Positions 48,251 through 58,100 of a DNA stretch of 64,000 nucleotides are shown piece by piece. A program made the position numbers and the translations under genes. The stretch is from positions 48,940 to 112,939 of IMG/VR virus record IMGVR_UViG_3300044878_000082; one strand, given 5' to 3'. The notes under the pieces are model-generated. The model was not told the DNA's origin. It did no database searches and saw only the letters and a program-made list of their open reading frames with translations. Position 1 is the stretch's first letter. Every line of letters starts with the position of its first letter. Origin of the DNA: a virus.

Positions 48251-48757
48251 GTGGAAGACTGGCACCCGAAGTTCGATGGGATCACTCATCTGAACGTTTA
48301 CACCAAGGCGAAGACGCCACTGGGACTGAAGCTGACTAACTTCGCCCATGAACCTTTCCGGCACCCGTTGTTGGGTAAGTTCGAATCCTCCGAGGGACTC
48401 CATTACTTCCTGAAGACAGGACGCAAGTTTCAGGAGTTCCGTAACCTCTGGGGTTACAAAGCAAAAGAGATGGGCGTGAGTCTGTGTCGCGATCCTGCGA
48501 ACGTGACTTTCGATCTCCAGTTTGACTGGATGTTCCGTATCGGCCTAGTGGCCAAGATTACACAGAACCCAGAGCTGTTCGAGATGTTCATCGACAGCGA
48601 GCTACCGTTTACCCATTACTATTACTATGGAGACCCTGACTCCTTGGATAAATGTAAAGTGGTCAACGCCAAGGAAACAGGAACGTTGGTGACCGACTTG
48701 GAGGACATTCGTGCCTTCTTGAAAGCCGGTCATACTGGTTTGATTGGGAAGAAATAA
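48251..48757 (+). CDS. NADAR-like protein (putative ADP-ribosyl hydrolase)
   Basis: LTNFAHEPF, GKFESSEG...LK, AKEMG, AKITQNPEL and LEDIRAFL follow NADAR motif order. Confidence 0.65.
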   Translation: MEDWHPKFDGITHLNVYTKAKTPLGLKLTNFAHEPFRHPLLGKFESSEGLHYFLKTGRKFQEFRNLWGYKAKEMGVSLCRDPANVTFDLQFDWMFRIGLVAKITQNPELFEMFIDSELPFTHYYYYGDPDSLDKCKVVNAKETGTLVTDLEDIRAFLKAGHTGLIGKK

Positions 48758-48759
48758 AG

Positions 48760-49068
48760 ATGAGTTTGGAAACTGTTTTGAAGTGCCGTATTGTTGGTGA
48801 GGACACTCCGCTTCCTAAGCTGAATCCAACCGACATGACCTACTGGCGTAAAGTTAATGGCCGTACGTATCACGACCACTTGGTTCGCTTGGTACCACCG
48901 ACCATGGCTGGCTTTGAATTCCATCAGCCTGAAGACGTGCAAGATGGCGACTTCGTGCAGATCGGTAAGCTGTTGTACCCTCCTGCTGTGTTCATGCAGA
49001 AACTGGAAGCCGCTGGTTTCCTGAAGCTGTGTAAACTGGAGCGCCCAGTCGGCACCCAGCATTTCTAA
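48760..49068 (+). CDS. Hypothetical protein (102 aa)
   Basis: Starts 3 nt after the upstream stop and ends before a terminator. Confidence 0.6.
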   Translation: MSLETVLKCRIVGEDTPLPKLNPTDMTYWRKVNGRTYHDHLVRLVPPTMAGFEFHQPEDVQDGDFVQIGKLLYPPAVFMQKLEAAGFLKLCKLERPVGTQHF

Positions 49069-49077
49069 GCTCTACGA

Positions 49078-49110
49078 AAGAAGGAGGGGTTCGCCCCTTC
49101 TTTTTTTTTT
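49078..49110 (+). terminator. Intrinsic terminator
   Basis: AAGGAGGGG-TTCG-CCCCTTC followed by ten T. Confidence 0.85.
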
Positions 49111-49130
49111 GCCTCGTTTAGGAGATAACC

Positions 49131-50135
49131 GTGTCTACAGGTAAGATTGCAAGTTCTCTGTTTAAGTCTGGACCGGTGGATGCACTTCTAACGGTCGATA
49201 CCTACAAGCAGAAGGGTAACACCAACCTCAACTCGTTACCTGACGTTCTCAAGAACTTCAGTGCGGATGCGGCACAAACCATCCGTAAGAACCCAGCGAT
49301 GCTCAAACGCATTATGTCTGACGTTACGGCGGCTAAGAGTGGTCGTCTGTCGAAGGTTGATGCGTTGCTACGAATCGGTAAGAGCATGGGTTCCTCAGGT
49401 TTGATTAAGGGCCTGACGGGTACGATGCAGAACACGATGTTCTCGGCCTTTGAAGAGTTCGGGGTTTCGAAAGGAACCGTGGCTTCTATCATGGGGGCGA
49501 CGAAGACTGGGGTGAAAGCCTACATGTCGGGTAACTTGGACGACGTGAACGGACTGGCTAGTTTGGCTCGTCAGTTGACCGGTAAGTCTGATGTGTTCAG
49601 TGTGTTCGACTTGGCAGCAGAAGCAGCGATGGCTTCAACCATCATTGACTACGCGATCAGGTCGGGTGCTACTGATCTGATGCAGGAAGCGGTGGCTTCA
49701 GTGAGCGATCGGTCTGTCACCCTCCATGCGTTCAATAAGACGTATACGGTGGCCGTACTGTCGAGTAATATCGAAGCTTTGCGGATCATGGGTGAAACGA
49801 TGACGGCAGGGGGTGTGTTAAGCACGCTACCAGACGCCTGTAAGCGCATCCTGATGTTTTACAAGTTCGCCGATAAAACCACACCGGCTCAGTACGAAGA
49901 GCGCACCACCGAGCTGCTAGCGGTCTTGAATCACATCAACCCGAATTGGGCTAAGTACCAACGCAACGGGGAGATGATTGACAACCTCGAGATGTTCACT
50001 TACGCCTCAGCTAACGCCCTGACGTTACTCGGTCGTAAACCTGAATACGAGTTGCCAGTAATGATTGCTCCGTCACACAAAGCAGCGGCGTTACCGACAC
50101 TGATTCGTCAGTACTACCCTGGTGTCAATTTGTAA
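49131..50135 (+). CDS. Probable virion protein (334 aa)
   Basis: AGGAG RBS plus GTG; convergent with the tail genes. Confidence 0.6.
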   Translation: MSTGKIASSLFKSGPVDALLTVDTYKQKGNTNLNSLPDVLKNFSADAAQTIRKNPAMLKRIMSDVTAAKSGRLSKVDALLRIGKSMGSSGLIKGLTGTMQNTMFSAFEEFGVSKGTVASIMGATKTGVKAYMSGNLDDVNGLASLARQLTGKSDVFSVFDLAAEAAMASTIIDYAIRSGATDLMQEAVASVSDRSVTLHAFNKTYTVAVLSSNIEALRIMGETMTAGGVLSTLPDACKRILMFYKFADKTTPAQYEERTTELLAVLNHINPNWAKYQRNGEMIDNLEMFTYASANALTLLGRKPEYELPVMIAPSHKAAALPTLIRQYYPGVNL

Positions 50136-50137
50136 GC

Positions 50138-50174
50138 GCATAACGAGGCTCCCCGAAGGGAGCCTCTATGCCGT
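50138..50174. terminator. Bidirectional hairpin with GCATA/TATGCC flanks
   Basis: GCATAAC-GAGGCTCCC-CGAA-GGGAGCCTC-TATGCCGT. Confidence 0.85.
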
Positions 50175-50177
50175 CTG

Positions 50178-52136
50178 TTACCCGATCCCTGTACCGATGG
50201 CAAAGGCTGAGATCAACCGCGCCGGTGCAGTGTTCATGAACCAGTTGGCGAAGTGCGACTTGGAGAACCACGTATCCATCGAACCCATTTGTTTCGCAAG
50301 GTTCAACCGCAACTTCTGATACGTGTATGTTTGCTCCACCAGTGACATGCTACTGAGGATCGCAAGGTAGTCTGAGAACATGGTGTCCTCAGCGAATACA
50401 CCTTTAGCGAAGTCAGTGCCTGCAACCAGAGATGCACCAGCAGCCAGAGCTTTAACGCCACCACCACCGGCAATAGCGGTAGCCACGCCCAAACCAACGC
50501 CTACTGCGTCGTTCAGTTTGAAGCCTGCGTTGATCGGCATGTGCATGATGGAGGACATGTCCACCACCGAGAACGTCACGTCGATACCCAGTGCTTCACC
50601 GTCTTGCGTCCAACCCAAGTTACCAGTACCACGAGTGATACTCAGCGACTCGATCATCCCCAGACGAGTTTGTGCCCGGCCTTTACTGAACAGCTCACAA
50701 AGGAACGGAGCGGTGTACGACTGTTTACCCGTAGAGATCGGCAACGCAGCAGCCAGCAACATCGACAGGGGAACAAACAAGTCGGTGAAGCGGGACATCT
50801 TGTTGCCGTACGGAGTCCGCAGTTTGATGGTGTAGTCCATCCGAGGGAGGTTCGCCGAAGACGATTCCCACATCTTTGGAATGTCCGCAATGGCCATACC
50901 CGAGAATGCCATCAAGCCCGAGAGCTTCACAGATTCCAGTGCACCACCAATGAAGCTACCCACCATGGACATAGCTTCGTCGACAAAGTTAATGCCCGAC
51001 TGACCATCAGCAGAACTGAAACGTGCCCCACGACCAGCAGCCGACAACCCGTTCAGTTTCGAGGAGATGTCTGACTCACGCGCACTGGAGTTGAAACTCT
51101 CCGATGCAGTCCCGGTGTGTTCCACGTTGAACGTGACCCATTGACCACCGTCGTTGTGCTCGGCTTCCACGAAGTCCAGAAAGTTCTTCTTGTACTCACG
51201 CTTGTCGCCCGTCTGCTCAGCCGCACCGTCATCCGTATCGGACTTCCGTTCGTTGAGACCTTGATAGGCGGAGAGGTAAGACTCGAAGTCTTTGTAGATG
51301 CGGTTGTCCGAGAGCTGAGGGTTTTCTTTGAACCCCAAGATCGCATTGCGGATTGCAGAAGGCGTCTCTCGAGTCTCGAGGATCTCTGCCATCTTGTCAC
51401 GTTGACTGTTCGCCAGTCGCTGTGCTTTGGTTGCCATGGAGTACACGTCGAGCTGACCTGACTCATGCCACAGACCCGGATTGAGCTTGTGGTAGAGCTT
51501 GGCTGTTTCGGCGGTGTTCTCGAGAGTGCCCGGCATGGTTTTCTTTTCGTCGTCCTGGAACGTACGAGGAGTCAAACCCATATTCACGGCGATACCGTTG
51601 GCGATGGTGTTCACAGCGTTCCAATACAAAGGCATCGCTGGTTTGAGGTAGTAGTACTTCGACGTAGGGCGACCCAAGAAGAAGTTCAGTGCCGAACCTG
51701 CGGTGATAAACAACTGTGCAGGAATGGTGATAATCGTCCCGATCAACTTACCCAAAGCAAACGAGATCTCGTTAGCCCGGCCTGTTCGCGCTAGGGTAGC
51801 CGCTTGCGGGTTATAGAAGTTGAAGAAGAAGTTCGTGAGGGAGTTGAACTCCGGTACACCGAAACGCATGTGGATCAGTTGTGCGTTGTCGTCGATGGCC
51901 TCACTGTAGTAACGACCCTGCCCCGTGGACTTACTGTACAAGCTAGGTACCACCAAGTCAGCATAACGAGTAAACTGAGGAGGAGGGTTAATCGCAAAGT
52001 TACCCCCTAACGTCGTATCGGTAAACTTGAACCGAGCATCAGTCAGGGTACGACGAATCGAGTCAGCATTCGCAATAGCCTTTCGGGGCAACATAAACGA
52101 TTGTCTGATCCAGTCTGTGTCCTTTAATTGGGCCAT
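50178..52136 (-). CDS. Virion tail/baseplate protein (phiKZ gp182-like)
   Basis: KFTDTTLGGNFAINPPPQFTRYAD, GRYYSEAIDD, YYYLKPAMPLYW and GMIESLSITRG; follows the gp181-like gene. Confidence 0.8.
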   Translation of the reverse strand: MAQLKDTDWIRQSFMLPRKAIANADSIRRTLTDARFKFTDTTLGGNFAINPPPQFTRYADLVVPSLYSKSTGQGRYYSEAIDDNAQLIHMRFGVPEFNSLTNFFFNFYNPQAATLARTGRANEISFALGKLIGTIITIPAQLFITAGSALNFFLGRPTSKYYYLKPAMPLYWNAVNTIANGIAVNMGLTPRTFQDDEKKTMPGTLENTAETAKLYHKLNPGLWHESGQLDVYSMATKAQRLANSQRDKMAEILETRETPSAIRNAILGFKENPQLSDNRIYKDFESYLSAYQGLNERKSDTDDGAAEQTGDKREYKKNFLDFVEAEHNDGGQWVTFNVEHTGTASESFNSSARESDISSKLNGLSAAGRGARFSSADGQSGINFVDEAMSMVGSFIGGALESVKLSGLMAFSGMAIADIPKMWESSSANLPRMDYTIKLRTPYGNKMSRFTDLFVPLSMLLAAALPISTGKQSYTAPFLCELFSKGRAQTRLGMIESLSITRGTGNLGWTQDGEALGIDVTFSVVDMSSIMHMPINAGFKLNDAVGVGLGVATAIAGGGGVKALAAGASLVAGTDFAKGVFAEDTMFSDYLAILSSMSLVEQTYTYQKLRLNLAKQMGSMDTWFSKSHFANWFMNTAPARLISAFAIGTGIG

Positions 52137-52162
52137 AACCTGATCTCGTTTAAGGTAAAGGA

Positions 52163-52184
52163 AGAGTGGGGTTGCCCCCACTCT
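52163..52184 (-). terminator. Hairpin between the gp181-like and gp182-like genes
   Basis: AGAGTGGGG-TTGC-CCCCACTCT. Confidence 0.55.
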
Positions 52185-52187
52185 AAG

Positions 52188-55100
52188 TTACTTCGCTTGA
52201 ATCCGCTTCATGCTGATCGGAGTCATCCGGACAGGCACGTCGGTAGGCTTCGGCGGAGCGTTACTGCGTGAGGACTGAGGCTCTGAACGAGCAGGCTCTT
52301 GTCCAGTAGGTGTAGAGCTACCTTCAACCAGCTTCTGAATGCCTTGGTCGATGTTATCCAACGACTGAGCCATCTTCAACTGAGTCTCCAGTTGCTTCTT
52401 CATTACTTCCGCAACACCACTGAAGTTCTGATTCAACTGAGCGTTCGATTCCTGGTCTTGCAACGAGGTCGCTTGCGCTTGTCTTTCAGCTTGTGCTTTA
52501 CGGATCACCGCAGCTTCTGCAACGATGCTACTGCCACCCAACGCAGGTTCACCAGGACCCACACCACCCGCAGGAACATTGCTGGTCACTGGGGCTACGG
52601 TGGTTGGTGCACTCGCATTCGGAGTAGGCATCATCACGCCAACGGTTTTAGCCATCGGGGAGAGAGAGTTCGCAGGAGCCTCAACAGACGGAGCTGCTGG
52701 AGGAGTGTCACCTGCTGGAGCACCCGGAGTAGGAGCCGAGGCCGGAGCCATGATTCCTACAGTACCAGCACCAGTCGGAGCTGCCGAAGCAGACGGACTA
52801 GGAGCTGCACCAGCACCACCGATAGGAGTGATCCCAGGGATGCTTGGGCTTGGTGTGGCGGTAGATACGTCAGCGGAGAACCCGCCAGCACTACGAGCAT
52901 CACCAGCGTACTTCGTCCGATGGACTTTAACCCGACGGTCAATCTCGGCGTAAACCTGAGCCACTGTGCGTGGACGACCGTCTGCAAAGAAGATCGACTT
53001 GTTCGCAGAAGCAGCTTGCGGCATCAGCGTAGCAGCGTTGGCTTGAGGATCAGCCTTCAACAGCTTAGCAGCACCACCAGGGCCCAAGAAGTGAGCGAGG
53101 TAGATGTCCGTGTCTGAAGGAGCCCGACCTGTCTTAGCTTTCAGGATCTCAGAGTTCTCACGGATGTACTCAGCACCCATCAAGGCATTGGCACGCGGGT
53201 CAGACGGAGGCGTGTTAGGATCGAGTCCATACTTCGCACCGTACTTCGCCATCATGGTTTTCCAAGTACCGCTGATGAACTGGTACAAGCCTGTAGCTGA
53301 AGACGTACTGGCTTTGACTCGCCCTCGGAAGCCTGACTCAATCGACGCCATGGTGGCCATCAATCCAGGGTCAACCCCGACCATCTTCGACACAGCGATG
53401 ATCATGTCTTTGTAGGTTGAGTACTCACCATCTGGACCTGTGACTTCTGGCAACCCGGCAATTGTACCACCGGAACCAGCACCCACATCCAACGTACCCA
53501 AACCGCCGGTCGTGTAGCCCGCATCACCACCCGCCATCGGTAGAACACCGTACATGGCTTTGAGCAACGCTTTAGGAGCACCACTACGCTCGGCAACACC
53601 ACGGTCCTTATACAAAGGACTAGGGGGACCATTCGCACCAGAACCACCCGTGACTTTATCCACCAGTGCCTGAACCTTCGCCGCTTGCCCCGTCTTGACC
53701 TTCTCGTTCAGAGTCTCTTTGTTAGCAGCCTCTTGCAGAGCGTCCATGAACGGTTTAACGATGCTGGAGTCAGTACCGAGTTGATAGTTGTCGAACGGTG
53801 AAGCCGAAACAGACCAGACAGACACGCCGTCTTTCTCTTCGTTACTGGTAGCGCCGTTAATGAAGCGAGCAATCTCGTAGGCTTGAGACGCTTTGATACG
53901 GTCGTAGGCTTCGAATGGATTACCGTTAGCCAGGAACTTTTGCACTGCGGTCAGATACGAGATCAGGACAGGCAGGAAACGATCACTGAACCACTTCATC
54001 CAACGGGTCTTGATTTCTTCTGAATCAGGCGAGGAGGTGAATGTTGCACCCAACTCTTTCCAGACGTCATCAGTGTCCCCGTCCCATTCCGCTTTCTTCA
54101 TTCCGTTGTAAGAGATGTCTTTGATGACTAGCTCTTCCAGTCTGGAGATCGGAGACGCTTTCACGTACTCCATTGACAACAGACCGTACAGTCGGTAACG
54201 AATAGACGTCAGTGGGTCGATCTCGCGGTTCAAGATACTAGGGACTTTGAACTCCTTCCCCATGATCTTGTCTTTGAGCCAGTTGAACGCCATGATCCCC
54301 AAACCAATACCCGGCATCACTTTCGCAATGTCCGTAGCGTGGTCAGAGATCCAACCGCCAGCTTTCTCAGCCAAACCCGAGAGCCCAGTCATGTCCGCCA
54401 GCTTCTTCAACCCTTTGGCCGCTAAGCCTACTGGACTGAGCATCGCTGCGAGATTACCAGCCTTGGAGAGCAAGCTCTCTTTCGGTGCAGCAGGATCTTT
54501 CTTCTCCGGCAGACTCTCTTTGATGTGTGCAACCACTTCGTCGTAAACCCGCTTGACATCAGACGGACCCATCGACAAAGCGTCTTCACCAAATGGACTG
54601 GTCATCTCCCCGTAGGTAGCTTCCGCATCATCGACTTGGACACCTTCGAGGAACTTCAGTTTGTCTTCGATCTTCACTGCTTCGTCAGCGTCTTCGATCT
54701 TGGTAGACGTCGAGTACTTCTGAAGCATTTTCATGTGACTAACGAACACTGGACCGAAACGAGTTTCGAACCACTTACCGAAGCGTTGGATAGCCTCAGG
54801 GTCATCTTCCTTAATCCCGAAGATCTCACGGACACGTTTAACGTCAACGTTCTTCCAATCAATCGTTGGGGCTTTGGAGTTGAACTTGATGTTCGGACCA
54901 ATAATGCTTTCCAACTCAAACACTTTGCTGGTTTGGTCGTCATCGTCGTAGTTGAGACCGTACTGTGCTACTCGGTATTTCAACAGGTCAGAGTTCTTGG
55001 ATTTCTTGTAGGACTTCCAAGCCTTGTACCCGAGGTACCCAACAGCCGCAGCAGCAGCAATACCCAACACCACTGGAGCACCCAGTACACCGACAGCCAT

Positions 55101-58100
55101 TGAGCCAACTGCCCAAGCACCACGGAGTAACGTACCAGTACCACCCAGTGCGACACGACCCACGCCCATTGCAGCGCGACCGAGCATTCCACCGGCACCC
55201 ATCAGACCACGCCCTACCGAAGCGACGCCACGTCCCATCTTCCCGAGTGTCTTACCACCGGGGATCAAGTTGGACAGACCCTTCAGTACGCTCAGAGACT
55301 TAGCCATCGTCATCAAAGCTTTCGGCAGACTCAGAAGGTTCTTCGCCATCCCCATCACACCGCCAGCAATCATGCCTAGCAGACCGAGGAGACCGCCCTT
55401 CTTCTCACCTTTACCTTTGTTGCGTTCTTCCTCGCGGGCTTTCTGTTTGGCTTCACGTTCCTCACGGTTCTTCTTGCGATTTGCACTGAGCATCTCACCA
55501 GCACCGTTACGAACACCGTCTCCATCAAAGTCGCCTTTAACCTTCTTCGGCGAGTTAGCACGGATAGCGTCTCGAATCTCTTCGAGCAGAAGGATTTGGT
55601 ATTCACCAATCACTTCCATCATTTCTGAACTACCGCCCATCCCAGGCATCTTGACGCCCTTGAGCACCCCTTTGCCTTTGTTGAAGAGGTTACCAGCGCC
55701 CTTCTTCAGGCCGCCCAGAGTTTTAGCCATCGTGTTCTTGGTGAAGTTGAAAGCTTTCTTACCGAGACTGAACGCCCCGCCAACCAGCTTCTTAGCACCG
55801 TCCCACGCAGCACGACCCAACGACTTGAATTTCTTCCCGGAGATGTCTACCAGACCCTGTTTCAAAGATTCCAGAGAGATAACAACGTTACCTTCCAGAT
55901 CGTAGACCGTACCTTTAATGTCGGTCATCTTCTTAATAGGGGAACCGTCAGAGTTCTTGTAGCCACCCGCAGCCATCACGGTAGCCAAGAGCACCGGTAC
56001 CGGATTGCCCGGCAGGTACATGTCTCGTGGACGTTCTACAAAGTTCTTCACCGTGTTGTAAGTACCTTTGATAGCGTCCTTAATCCCACGGAACGGAGAA
56101 GTGATCATGCTGTTCAAACGACCAGCCCACTTCGTCCCAAAGTCTTTGATCTTGGTAAACATTGGACGAGCGTGTTCATCCACCAAGCCTTTTGCAAACT
56201 GCTCAGCGGTTAGAACGTAAGCGCCCGCTTTGTTCTTCACTGGACCTTTGACATCCTTCCACGCAGTGATCGGCGTACCGTCTTCGTTGAAGTATTCACC
56301 GGCCTTGAGTTGAGCCCATGTCAGGATCGGTCGGCCCGTTCCTTTGATGTAAACGTCGCCCCACTCATTCAGCTTGTCTTTGGCTTTACCGAAGAGCATG
56401 TTACCCACGCCTTTAGCGCCAGCCCACGCTCCCTTAAAGCCACCCTTGATCAGTTTGCCTTGCAGACCCATCGCACCTTTGTAGAAGCCTCCGACTTTGC
56501 CGAAGCCCCACTTGCCAGCGTTCTTGATCTTACCCAACCCACGGCCCAACAACCCTTTCGCCTTCTCAGGATCGAACGGGATACCCATGGACATGGTTTG
56601 CAACTGACCCGAGGCGAGGAGTTCGTAGACATTGGCCAAGTGCTGCGCCAGCTCGTCATTCCCTGCCTTGTAGGCGTCGATCATTTTGTCCACACAAGTG
56701 CATTCTTCCTCACTTGCTTTAGGATCACTGCGTGCAGCATCAGCGTACTGCGCTAACGCTTGCGGGTTGGCGATACCCTTACGGATGTCCTCCAACAGCA
56801 GCATCTGGTACTCACCGATGGTCTCCATGAACTCGTTAGGGTTCTTAGGTGTGTCTAGCCCCCCAGGATTCGCCCCAGCAGCTTGAGGAGCGTCGCTGGC
56901 ATTGCGAAGATCGCCAAGAGGACCTCCACCACCTGGACGATTGTTAAGACCGTTAGGAGGATTACCATCAGGAGGATTTCTGTCAGCAGTTGGTTCACCG
57001 AAACCTCCATTCCGTAGGATGTCTACGATACGCTCTTGTGATACTTTACGAGCGTCGCCCTCCCCGGTAACCAGTCCCAGTGCTCGCATACTCTCGAGTT
57101 GACCAGAATCAATCAGACCTTTAATAGCGTCAGTCGGGTTGTTGACGCCTTCGCGGATCTTCAAGAACTCTTTCGAGTATTTATTCTGATTCTCTTCACC
57201 AACGTCGTCGCTGAACATGTAAGACAGTTGCAGAGCGTCATCGTCGCTCAAGTCTTTCCATTGATCCACGTCAGAGAACTTCTTGACATCGAAACGACCT
57301 TGTCCTGACGCCGCTTCCCCAATGAACTTGTCATAGAGCGCTTTACGTTGGGTGTCGTTCAGCTTCTTCCCGTGTTGGGTTTCCAGACCGTCAATCAGGC
57401 TGTTGGTGGTGTCCTTAACCTTGTCGAAGTTTTTGGTTTGGTCAAACAGCGCCGAACCCATGGACTTGGTGACTTTATCCATCGAGGCAAAGCTACCGTC
57501 CTTCAGGTCGTAACTCAACCGTTGGATGGTTGGGTCGCCTGTGCGGATGATGGCCAACTCATGGTGAATCCGTGACAGGTAGCCAGGGATAATGTCCGTG
57601 AGGGTTTTACGAGCCAGATGGTTGAACGGCACTGCGTCCTGAGACTTGGTCAGGTCAGTGTCACCGAGACCGGAATCCACCACCTCAGTAGGAGATAGGT
57701 TCTTAAAGCCCCGCAGAGCTTTGTTGAACCACTCCGACCCAGTGTTCTCACCCTTGTCGCTCTTCGCCCAATCGGACGCCAGAGAAGCAAAGTTATCCAC
57801 CCCGTATTCGAGCTTGTTACCCCACTTCGCAATCCCAGGGTTCTTCTCGAGGAGCGGCTTGGCGAACTTGGAAAGCTTGTTGCCAATCCAACCACCCGCC
57901 TGACCACCGATGAACCCACCCGCCGTGGTGTACTTGTCTGACTTCTCACCAATGTCAGCCATGGACTCTTGAGCATCCAACAGCGCGTCACCGGTCATGA
58001 TCCCTTGCATCGCAGCGTCCTTAAACGCCCCGATGTTGGCCTTACCGGCTTTGATGATATTGTCTTTGTACTTGTCGATGTAACCTTTAGCGAACTGATT

